Below, in pieces: positions 41,385 through 52,932 of a DNA stretch of 64,000 nucleotides (within the stretch, counting starts at the first letter, position 1; the number at the start of each line of letters is the position of its first letter). The notes under the pieces are model-generated. The model was not told where the DNA came from and did no database searches. It saw nothing but the letters and a program-made list of their open reading frames with translations. The position numbers were made by a program, and so were the translations under genes. This DNA comes from Octopus vulgaris. Lineage: Eukaryota. The stretch lies in the NCBI GenBank assembly GCA_951406725.2, contig OX597814.1:62744001-62808000 (forward strand), in the 5' to 3' direction.

Positions 41385-41837
41385 TTTGAAATCTGGGCTT
41401 TTGTATGACTCTGAAACATGGAGAGCCACCTGCAGCAACTACAAGAAGATCCAGACATTCATCAACAAATGTCTCCGGCAGATCCTCCATCTGAAGTGGT
41501 TCGACAGAGTGCCAAACCTGTGAGAAAGGGCCAACCAGGAGCCCATACATGTTCAGATTAGACAAAGGAAATGGAGATGGATCGGATACACAATGCGGAA
41601 AGAACCCTCAAATGTGACACAACAAGTAATTGACTGGAACCCGCAGAGGAAAAGGAAGTGAGGACGCCCGAAGCAGACATTGAAGTGAAGCATCTTGGAC
41701 GAGCTCAGGACCTCCGGCCTGACATGGGAAGTAGCCAAGAAACACGCCAATGACCGCAAAAAGTGGAAAACAACTGGTGAGGCCCTATGCTCCACAAGGG
41801 GCAAAGAGGATTAAGAAGAAGAAGAAGAAGAAGAAGA
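41385..41837 (+). mobile_element. RTE LINE 3' fragment with (AAG)n tail
   Basis: LLYDSETW..IQTFINKCLRQIL..KWRWIGY..DWNPQRKRK*GRPK..ALCSTRGKED*. Confidence 0.9.
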
Positions 41838-41849
41838 TTTTCTTGAACT

Positions 41850-42086
41850 ATGGAAATAAGTTTCTAGTATCCTTTCTTACTTTGTGAGGCTTACTTTTTT
41901 TGTGGACATTCTAAACAGTCCAATCAGTTCCAAACTTATCGCTTAATTCAAGTGATGGTGAATCGTGTAGCTGGATCTGTATGAGACTCCCTCATAAACT
42001 GTCTTTCTACTTCGATTGCGCTGTTTATCTTCCGGTAGTATTTTAGGATAACTCCTCTTATGTATACATTTTTGGGACACCTTGTA
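41850..42086 (-). mobile_element. Tc1/mariner terminal fragment
   Basis: rc TA+CAAGGTGTCCCAAAA terminus. Confidence 0.5.
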
Positions 42087-42241
42087 TATAAATTATATAT
42101 ACACATATTTGTTATAAGGTGTATGTATGTATGTATGTATGTATGTGTGTGCGTCCGAGTGTGTGTGTGTGTTTGACCGAGATTTGACCTACAATGAAAC
42201 ATACATCTTCCGACTATCTCGTCTATTTATCTCTCTATATA

Positions 42242-42614
42242 GGTGTGATTGTAAAGGAAGAAACTTGCTTCCTAACCGCAATGTTCCAGATTTAGTCCCA
42301 CTGCGTGGCACCTTGTGCAAGTGGCTTTTAGTATAACCTCGGACCGACCAAAGTCTTGTGAGTGAATTTGGTAGACGGAAACTGCAAAAAGCTCGTTGTA
42401 TATATGTCTATATGTATATGTGTGTGTGCGTGCCATTGTGCCTGTGCTTGGCTCCTCCCCCATCACCGCTTGACAACTGGTGCTGGTGTGTTTACATCCC
42501 CGAGAGAATAAGTACCAGGCTTTAAAAATAGTACTGGGTTCAATATTTTCGACTCAAAATTCTCCAGCATAGCCGCAGTCTAATGACTGAAACAAGTAAA
42601 AGATAAAAGATAAA
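42242..42614 (+). mobile_element. diverged SINE family 1
   Basis: tagtcccactgcgtggcacc..ggtagacggaaactg..aatgactgaaacaagtaaaaga. Confidence 0.85.
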
Positions 42615-43352
42615 GGACATATGTATGACTTCAAAGTCTAGTGTGTTTTTTTTTTTCTGAATTTAAAACGTTAGGGACAGCTTTACTAAGTATTATAATA
42701 ATTCCAGTTCTGCTTAACGATGTATATTTTTACAATGACACTCTAGTAACAACCAGCCAAACCTTTGCTCACTTACATTTCATTGCAGTCTTTTCCAAGC
42801 AGGAAAATTATTTGCAACATTTAAGATATACTTTGCAATAAATTGGACATAAAAATGTACCAAAATTAAATAACTACACATAATAACACCCATCATGTAT
42901 ATTCATTATATTATGTTTATTATGAACGTTTGACGCAGAAACCAAGGGAATGTCAGCTAAAATGACTACCAGGTTAAAAATAGCGGCCAAACTCTCTTAC
43001 GATTTCACTCGACGACAATATTACTGTTATAATGGTATTGATAACAATCTTTCTTCTAAAAAATTGTAACTATATTAACGTACCGACGAAATTACTGTTT
43101 TAGTTACATCATACTTTATTTGTTCCTTTTCTTCTTTCGTTCCATAACGCCACGCACATATCTAAAACGCACACATACATATATGCTCAAGCACACGCAT
43201 ACGATACACACACACACACAAGCGGGTTATCTCTGAGCGTCTCTCGTGATATATTTTGGCTCCTGGCGCTGTGAGTTCTAATCCTACAGAGGTCGAAAGC
43301 AACTTTATCTTTGATCCGTTAAATGTTGATAAAGATAATACTAATAACAGAG

Positions 43353-43560
43353 TCTTCTTCTTCTTCTTCTTCTTCTTCTTCTTCTTCTTCTTCTTCTTCT
43401 TCTTCTTCTTCTTCTTCTTCTTCTTCTTCTTCTTCTTCTTCTTCTTCATCTTCTTCATCTTCTTCATCTTCTTCTTCTTCTTCTTCTTCTTCTTCTTCTT
43501 CTTCTTCTTCTTCTTCTTCTTCTTCTTCTCTTTCTTCTTCTTCTTCTTCTTCTTCTTCTT
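43353..43560. repeat. (CTT)n microsatellite
   Basis: Direct reading. Confidence 0.95.
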
Positions 43561-45952
43561 TCTATCTCTCTCTCTCACACTCTCTCTCCTTCCTCTCTCT
43601 GCCAGTCTCTACTTCCTCTCCCTATGGAAGAAATCGGTTAGAGAAGGATGTGCTCCACTAGTTTTGATATATCGTGACACGGCGTATGTCACGACGACGC
43701 CCTTATCATTTAACTTTACATTAAGAACTTTTCACTGCTCTAATATATACACATACATACATACATACATACATATATACATACATACATACATACATAC
43801 ATGCATGCATACATACATACATGCATATATATGTATATCTATCTATCTATATGTGAGTAAGCTATTTGTATGTATGTATGTATGTATGTATGTATGTATG
43901 TATGTATGTATGTATGTATGTATGTATGCATGCATGTATGTATGCATGCATGTATGTATGCATGTATGTATGTATGCATTTATGTATGTATGTATGTATG
44001 CATGTGTATATGTATGCATGTATGCATGTATGCATGTATGCATGTATGTGTGTATGTATGTTGTATGTATGTTGTATGTATGTATATGTGTGCGCGCGTG
44101 TGTGTATTTACATATATTAGCGCTCTCTTAGTATATTAATTCATGAAATTTCACAGAAACCTAGAATCCTTTGAAACAATGTTTATGTATTGATAACATT
44201 GATAAACACAAGTTCACCACCTAGTCCAATATTAGGTTGGCTCCAAAGTTCTCAATTATAAAACACAGTTACATTTCATGGTTTTATATATGTGTCATGT
44301 AGCAACTTTATACATTACCAAAAAAAAAATTAAATAAATAAGAAAAAATAAAGAGAAAAATATATCCCACCCTGATAAAATAGCAATATTTCTTCGGTCG
44401 ACAGCAGAGTATTCTTCGACTTTGGGCGGGACAAATGTACGATGAATGCTGTATCACGGGAATTTAAATGATTTGTCTGAAAACCTACTGAATTATTACA
44501 CACTGATGTATATTCTTCGAGTTAACAGCAACTAATAGCAGCTACATTTGTCTGTCAACTACTTTACGTCATTTAACCAGTTACATGCTAAAAACATTAT
44601 TACAGTACACCAATACTGTAAACAGCATCAGCATCAGTTCCTTAAAATATTTATAATACCCATCTTCAATCTAAACATATCTACTTCCCATCGCTCTCAC
44701 ATTCATAATGTGGTGGGTCAAATTTGCAGAAAACTATGAGTATACGCTACAGTATCAGTCACATCACCCCGAGAAAAATAAGAGCAGTAGGGCAGGTTTG
44801 CAGAAAACTGTGATTACTTTGTCGTGTGTGTCATGTGACCATGATGGAAAAAATAGAACATCCTCTATGTAGAATCGTCTACAACTAGATTACTTTCTCG
44901 CAATTCACTAAAGCGAAAATGTCTCTATAAATGTCTTTAGCGGTCAATCTGTTACTTGCCATCCACATGGTGATGCGTTTTGGTTACACATTTACAGAAA
45001 TGATTTTCATATTTAATTCTGCTGCTCTTGGAATTTTCGTAATGCATTTTCGGAGGAGACAACACCTAAAGTATCATTATACTTGGCAACGTATCATGGT
45101 TATAGCATTAAATCTTGTGACAGTCGTATACTCCAGTTTCTTACCGTGTGGTAAAACAAATTTTCTGATTACAGAGAAATTACTTTTATTTGGTGAAAGA
45201 TAATGGCAATAATGTGACTATTCTTTTCCAGACAGAAACGGCTTTAGGTGGCTACGTCTGACTAATTCCTAGTTGTTCAAGTCATACAGAAATCATAAAT
45301 ATATAGACATAATCTATATACAGAAATCATAGACATAATTTGTCGGTAAGTGCATCAAGGTGACTCAAGTCAAATAGCTTTTTGCCATCATTTTCGCAAA
45401 GAAAATCGAAGTGCATCAGAACAACATGCCTTAGCTACGAAGAACACTTATCCGACGCTCGTATTTTCTACAAACATGCTTAGTATAAATTCCTCCACTG
45501 ATTTATAACAATATTCAGTAGAACAAGGCACAATAGTAATACAATGGCACAATGTTTGTGCAACGCAGTGACTTTGTATTCAAATAAATGTGTCAGGTCA
45601 CCACATGAAAAGTAACACATCCTCTAGCTATCTTCATCTACAAATCTACAATACGTTGACTACAGACTTTGAAGCCAACAAAATATAATCGCTTCACAAC
45701 TTACACATACATCAAAATGCATTAAGTACCCCTCATTTTCAAATACGATGTAAATGCTGTGAACGCTGTATTTGCAATAACGTAAAGAAGGAGACGTTTA
45801 AATTTGAATAAACAAACAGATTAAATCAATAAAATTTATCTTCATCACCTAACAAGATTCTTAATACATCTATACATACATACATACATACATACATACA
45901 TACATACATACATACATACATACATACATACATACATACATACATACATACA

Positions 45953-46292
45953 TCTCGATGAAAATCAAAGAAAAAGAGGATATCTATGGACAGCTGCTTC
46001 GAAACCTCTAACTTCTATATCCAGACTATTAATTCATATTCATACCAATAATAATTGGAGCACTAGGTCTTGTTAGTAAATGTTTAAAGGAGAATCTGGA
46101 TAAACTGGGATTTTCAGGAAGAGAAATCGACCGGCTAATTCGAACATTACAAGTGCAATCACTGAGTAGAACAGTAAAAATATGTAAGACTTTTATCAAG
46201 TTCCAAATGTGAATTTGTCTGTGCTAATTACATCCCAAAGATGGATCCTTGTATCTTTGTTGGAAACTGGCTCCCTCCTCAGTGGAAGATTT
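45953..46292 (+). mobile_element. RLE LINE 3' fragment directly after (TACA)n
   Basis: KIKEKEDIYGQLLRNL*LLYPDY*FIFIPIIIGALG. Confidence 0.85.
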
Positions 46293-46296
46293 ATAA

Positions 46297-46410
46297 TACA
46301 GTAGTCTCCCGGAATTCGCGAGAGTTATGTTCCGAGAGCACCCGCGAATAATGAAAAACCGCGAATATTGGACGTGGTCCATAAAAATGCTTATAGTGTC
46401 AAGATATAGG
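46297..46410 (+). mobile_element. pogo/Tigger-like terminal fragment
   Basis: TA+CAGTAGTCTCCCGGAATTCGCG..CCCGCGAATAATGAAAAACCGCGAAT. Confidence 0.6.
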
Positions 46411-46708
46411 CGTGTATATATATATATATATAAAGTGAAGTATTGTTACCGTTATATACAGTAATAATGAGGTGGCTAGCAAGTTTCTACCTATATAGGT
46501 ACAATATAAAATAATTTAAGAAAATCAAGGCGACAGCTTAAAAAAACCACCGTAAATTTTTCGATAAATATATACATTTAGAGGTAAGATTATTTCTTAA
46601 AATATTCATTACATTGCTCGTGTGTATATTTATCGTAAAATTTATGGTGGCTGTTTGAAGCTGTTGCTTTGAGTGGGGTATATTTACCCCACTTTTCTTT
46701 ATCTAAGT

Positions 46709-47251
46709 TTATATGGATACAGTTTGTGTATCAAATAGCTAACTTAAGGCGATGGCCTCATGGAGCTAATAAGCGGACAGCTTTTTTCTTATTTTTATAA
46801 GAATGCCATATTAGTATGGCGATAACTATTATTTTCCGGGAACGCTGCCGCTGTTCTCTTTTAGAGAGACTTAGTTATTTTAATATTTCTATTATTGAAA
46901 ACAAGTGGATGTATTCCACCGAAACTAGGTAAATAAAACCATCGAACAGAGATTGTCGGAAGCGACACCTACTGGCTGGCTACGCTGCATTGAAAAGGGG
47001 CAATACCCCGAAACGCGTCTGTAGCTGCCGGTCAAGTAGTGTGGAGCGACTGACCTCCCTTGTTCGAAGGTTATATGGATACAGTTTGTGTATCAAATAG
47101 CTAACTTAAGGCGATGGCCTCATGGAGCTAATAAGCGGACAGCTTTTTTCTTATTTTTATAAGAATGCCATATTAGTATGGCGATAACTATTATTTTCCG
47201 GGAACGCTGCCGCTGTTCTCTTTTAGAGAGACTTAGTTATTTTAATATTTC

Positions 47252-47257
<6 letters not shown>
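46709..47257 (+). mobile_element. retrozyme / PLE pLTR-like element: 1.5 tandem copies of a 362-bp unit
   Basis: 187-bp direct repeats (46709-46895, 47071-47257), identical by eye; HHR motif in between; 3' end runs into (TA)n. Confidence 0.85.
46984..47025 (+). ncRNA. type I hammerhead ribozyme, U3-A8 core variant
   Basis: GCTGCA-TTGAAAA-GGGG-CAATA-CCCC-GAAA-CGCG-TC-TGTAGC; predicted cleavage after C47019. Confidence 0.85.
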
Positions 47258-47307
<50 letters not shown>

Positions 47308-47779
47308 TACATAATAAGAAGAAAGCAGCCTGTAGAGGATTGCGGTTACTATCAGGAGAGACCATGGCTGAACCTGACGGTAGTGAGTATAATAGTATAA
47401 ATAATATATAAATATATACTTATATGTACATACCAACTTATATATGTATGTATACATACATATATGGGTACAGGATATCAAAAAACGTTGAACACAACGA
47501 GAAACGAAAGCATAATAAAACAAACATAGAAAACGAACTTTCTTTTTCGAACAACGAAAAAAACAGAGAAACGAGACATGCAACATAAAGAATATTTCCC
47601 TTCATCAGTTGTCCTTGTTTCATTTACGCAACTTCGTTGAAACAGTCCTTCCTGCAAAGCAAATTGAATAAAATTTGGGATTTTTGAGGAGGGTGAAAGT
47701 GGTAACAAGAACTGGACAGTGAGAACAAGACAGTAAAAACAAACAGAGAAGGTTGTTAAGTCAAGACGATAGAAAAATT

Positions 47780-48366
47780 ATTATGAACGCTAGGAGGACG
47801 AGCTATGAGAGGAGACATTAAGGATTCAGGAGCTGGATGACATTCTACACAGAGAAATGAAAGTCAAGGTCAACGATGCGTATCAAAAAAGGGTGAAGAT
47901 GGCGTTGAAATCCAACCTGAATGCCAAAAATTTGATTACCGCAATGAATATCTGGACAGTTGCGGTGGTCAGATATAGTGCGTCCATCTTCAAATGGACT
48001 AAAGAGAGAATATCAACAATGGATAGAAGGACGAGAAAGTTGATGACGCTGCATGGGGCGCTACAGCCTAAAGCAAACGTGAACAGACTGTATATGAAAA
48101 GAAAGAATGGTGGCAGAAGACTAATTAGTATAGACCATTGTATAAGGGGTGAAAGAAGAACGTTTGCCGAGTATTTGATAAGTAGTGATGAAGACGTGCT
48201 GTAATATGCCGCGAAAGATATGGATGTAAATGCAGATGAAATGATGGGCAACGCTTTCAATACAATAAAAATAAGAGCATCTCAACAAACCACAGTACAA
48301 ACCCAGGGCACACAGAGCTGCACTCGGTAGTGCAGTGAAATCACATGATAAAAATAAGACTACTGA

Positions 48367-48437
<71 letters not shown>
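47780..48437 (+). mobile_element. R4/Dong LINE fragments ending in a 3' UTR plus (TAA)n
   Basis: LNAKNLITAMNIWTVAVVRYS..DRRTRKLMTLHGALQPKANVNRLYMKRKNGGRRL; a short TLSIQ* plus UTR precedes (TAA)n. Confidence 0.85.
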
Positions 48438-48438
<1 letters not shown>

Positions 48439-48439
48439 T

Positions 48440-50835
48440 AAGGAGGAGGCAGTGGACCAAAGAAGAAAACAGGAAAGTGAACCTAAAAGAAGGGGCTATA
48501 GAAAACGGATGTTAACACTTTGGAGTTAAGACTAACCGTCAGTTTAATATTAAGGAAGGCAAAGGCAGAATATCATTTCAGAAAGAGTAAGGGAAAAAAT
48601 TAACCATTTGCTTTTCATTATGAATGTAAAAGACATAGATTCCTTAATACAGAGTGTAATACTCATTAGCAAAGATAGAGGCTTGGAATTTGGCATAGAT
48701 AAGTGTGCAATATTAGTCATTAGAAAGGGACAGGTAGACAACAGCGGAGACATCTAATTACCAGATGGCCAGACATTTAAATAATTGTGCTAACTACAGA
48801 GTAAAGTGTTAGCAAAATGCCGAATTGGAAGGGCCCAGGACCAGAATTAGTTCCGGGTTACTGGCTAACGAAATTTAGTAGTTTTCATGGGAGGCTGAGG
48901 AAACAACTTTAGGATTGCTTAATGGAGGAATAATACCAGATTGGATGACTAGAGGAAGAACAATACCCATTATGAAGGATACAAGCAAGGGCAAAACAGC
49001 TGGCAATTATCGACCAATCACTTGCTTACCACTTGCTTAGTGTGGAAACTGCTAACAGGAATGCTTTCAGAAAGCATTTACGAGCACCTTGACAACGAGA
49101 ATTTACGGCCAGTGGAACAGAAAGGTTGCCGGAAGAAGGTTAGAGGAACGCATGATATATTATACATAGAAAAAGCAGTTCTAAATGAAGAAAAAGCTAG
49201 AAAGGAAAATCTAACAATTGCATAGATAGATTATAGGAACTTATGACATGATCCAATACTCATGGATAAGCGAATGTTTGAGTATATTCAATATAGCAGA
49301 TAACACAAGAGAACTAATATTTGTCTTGTTTGATACCCATCTGTTTGGTATTAAGGAAGGCAAAGGCAGAGTATCAGTTCAGAGAGAGAGTAGGGGAAAA
49401 ATTAACCATTTGTTCTACATGGATAAACTGAAACTTTATATTATGAATGAAAAAGAGATAGATTCCTTAATACAGACTGTAATACTCTTCAGCAAAGATA
49501 TAGGCATGGAATTTGGCATAGATAAATGTGCAATATTAGTCATGAGAAGGGGACAGGTAGACAATAGCGAAGAATCTAATTACCAGATGACCAGACATTT
49601 AAATCATTATGCTAACTACAGAATTATAAACGAAAATTGAGAAGGAGAACATCAGAAGGGTAAGAAAGTTAATGAAGCTAAATAGTCCGAACCTAGTGAA
49701 GGCTGTAAATACTTGGGTAGTATCATTAGTTAGATACTCAGCAGCTTTTGTAGATTGGACAAAAATTGAATTAGCAAAGCTAGACAGAAGAACTGGAAAG
49801 AAATTCAATATGAATGGAGGACTCCATCCAAGGGCAGGAGTAGCAAGATGATACCTACCTAGAAAGGAAGATGGAAAAAGATTAATAACAGTAGAAGATT
49901 GCATGGTAGGTAATTGTGAAGAAGGTTTATTAAAAACTGCTAGAATCACAACAACACATAGGGAAACCAAAATCCCAAACGAAGTTAAAATTCAGAAAAA
50001 AAAAAAGAACAGAAATTATCTGACTGACAGGAGAAGGCATTGCATGGTAGATCCTCAAAGATAGTTGCAGCAAATAGTAATAGTGAGACATAGTTATGGT
50101 TGCAGAAAGGGAAGCTGTAGAAGGAGACAGAAAGTTTGTTAGCAGCTGCACAAGATCAAGCGTTAATGGCTAATTGGATGAAAGCCAAGATATACAAAAT
50201 CCAAGTAGATTCCCAATGTAAATTATGCAAATCAAAAGAGGAAAGTGTTACTCATATAGTAAGTGAATGTAGCATGCTGGCATAGAAGGAATACAAGAAA
50301 AGACGTAACAATCTAGGGAGATTAATGCATTGGGAGCCATGTAGAAAGCTAGGATTGGAATATACAGATAAATGGTATGGACATGAACCTAGTAAAGTAC
50401 TAGAAAGTAAGAAATACAAGATATGGGATCTTAACATTCAGACTGACAGAGTAATAGAAGATAGAAGGCCTGATTTGGTAGTAGTAAATAAAGAGGATAG
50501 AAAGTTCCAGATAGTTGACTTTACAGTACATAACTATGAAAAAAATAATATGAGAAGTATAGAAAAAATAGCAAAGTACCAGGACCTAGCTATTAAATTA
50601 CAGAACCTATGGAAAGTGCTGGTAAAGTGCATCCCAGTAGTTTTAGGTGCATTGGGAACTAACAAATGGATATAAGAAATTGGCGTAAAACCCAGTTTAG
50701 TACAGCTATAGTGTTATTTGAGAGAGCTAGGATATTTAGGAGGGTTCTTGGCATCTAAGGTTACTTATTGTAAACCGATGTTATGTTGTTTTCTTTCCCA
50801 ACTCTATAATCTGTTGAGTGTATATGTTAATAATA
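48440..50835 (+). mobile_element. R4/Dong-clade LINE RT plus RLE (5'-truncated, rearranged pseudogene)
   Basis: NYRPITCL; EQKGCRK; INHLFYMD; GMEFGIDKCA; AAQDQAL; CKLC..ESVTHIVSEC; RPDLVV; KYQDLA; PVVLGALG; ends in TAATAATA. Confidence 0.92.
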
Positions 50836-50847
50836 ATATAATAAATA

Positions 50848-51398
50848 CTCTGATGCAGTACCAGGCAGTGGATCTCATGGCTTCTGACCTTAACTGATTG
50901 GAAGTCTTATCATGTACATTGATTTGTCTTGGCATGAAACATAGGCTACAGCAAAAATTCCGCTCAATACCACAGATCTGCTTGTCAGTTGTTTGATCTT
51001 AACCAATTGCGCATGTCCTTGAGTGGCTCACAATATATGGATCTCTGATCAGGAGCAGAAGTAGTGGGGGAACATCATAGCCATATATTGAGAGGAATTC
51101 TTTGGGGTTTGAATAATTTACCTCAGGAAACATGGGTGGTTCGTTCAACATCCTTAAGCAACCTTTATTCAGGGACCTTTTGAGCGGGTTGACCAGCTCG
51201 ACCCGAAGAAAATTCTAACTGGGCACTACCTGAAAGTCATGCACTGTTTACCTTGATATGAGATCACTATGTCGTGAACATATGGTTGTGATGCGTGTAC
51301 CTAGTGTACCCTTGTCAGACGGTTAATCATGATGTATATACTGGGCTTCGTATATTTTACCCCAATGTCACTTTGATAGCATACACTGTTCTCTCAGT
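50848..51398 (+). mobile_element. second copy of the ~550-bp element
   Basis: Colinear with 19468-20020; followed by (ACT)n(GCT)n(AAT)n. Confidence 0.85.
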
Positions 51399-51468
<70 letters not shown>

Positions 51469-51469
51469 T

Positions 51470-51570
<101 letters not shown>

Positions 51571-52215
51571 GATAATAATAATGATAATAATAATAACAAT
51601 GATAATAGTACCTGTGAATTTGCGTGTGTAATCTGGGAATGCATTTTATGAGCTTCTCTGCCCTAGGTGTACGGAAAAAACTCGGCGAGAAACGGAAGAA
51701 GGAAAAAAAAATAATACTGACAATCAGGAAGTATTAATTAGATGAAAAGAATGGATACCATGGTACTGATGACTGCAGTTAAGAAGCCCGCGTTCAATAT
51801 AACGATCTTCACCCGGGAACAAAAGGAAATAAATAAACCATCCTGGTGGGTGTTAACAAGTATGTGGAAAACGAATATGAAAAAAAAAATGCGCGCTGAC
51901 GAACCTGGGGTTAATTAAAAATAGAACACGGAGAATTGCTTTTTTTGCAAGGCCAAGGTCAACATTCCCATTGATCGCTAGTAGTAGTAAACACATTTTG
52001 TCTCTGCTGACCCAAAGGGTATGAGGCCTCTTTTGTCTCCTTATCGCACAGGAATGTCCAGTGCTGACTTTCTCACCATCTGCCGAATCAATTTACAGAC
52101 CTATAGAGTTTCGTCTATTCACCAAGCTGCTATTCCTCCGCCTAATATTCCCTTCAACACATATTTATGTACAAGACAATAGTTGAAACTAAACAACAGT
52201 TAATAATATCTTTTA

Positions 52216-52252
<37 letters not shown>

Positions 52253-52254
52253 TA

Positions 52255-52285
52255 ACTAGCTGGACCGTGAATAATCCACGGAAAA
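52255..52285 (-). mobile_element. Helitron 3' terminus
   Basis: rc CCGTGGATTATTCACGG hairpin, TCCAG, CTAG|T. Confidence 0.7.
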
Positions 52286-52504
52286 TATAAAAAATGTAAG
52301 CATCTGTAAATTGTGTGCTGGTACCATTAGAAATGTTTCTATATTGTAACACTTACAGAATATAGAAAGAAGTGTAAAACCGATAAATACATAATCCAAC
52401 CAAAATGTCTCTTTTACGCAAACGTAAACACAATTACTATTTAGCCTTAAAATACATCATACATATTCAAAGAAACTTCCTGGTTTAGTGGTATGGAACG
52501 TTCT

Positions 52505-52830
52505 TCTGGTATACTTTTATTCTTTTGGTGGTTTCAGTCATTTGACGGTGGCCATGCTGAAGCACCGCTCTTTAGTCGAAGAAATCGACCCCTGGACTTA
52601 TTCCCTGTAAGCCTGGTGCTTATTCAATCAGTCTTTTCTGTCGAACAGCTAAGTTACGGGGACGCAAACACACCAGCATCGGTTGTCAAACAACGGTGGT
52701 TGTGGAACAAACACACACACGCATAAATATATAATATAACACCCCCCCCACACACATATATATATATATGACGGGTTTCGTTCAGTTTCCGCCTACCAAA
52801 TTCACTCACGAGGCTATAGTAGAAGACACT
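52505..52830 (-). mobile_element. SINE family 1, headless copy
   Basis: tttcagtcatttgac..acaccagcatcggttgtcaa..cagtttccgcctaccaaa. Confidence 0.85.
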
Positions 52831-52932
52831 CTTTAAAGTATAGAGTTCAATTTCATGTAGCCACCTACTAGCAACTTTTCTCCCCCACCCATTTTGTAGG
52901 GAGTATATCCCAATTTTCTGGGCTCTTTTCAC

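Noticed and set aside
44380-45860. Relatively unique non-repetitive stretch, possible host exon or enhancer
   Set aside because: No recognisable ORF or splice-supported coding signal; only a short internal repeat (TTTGCAGAAAACT twice)
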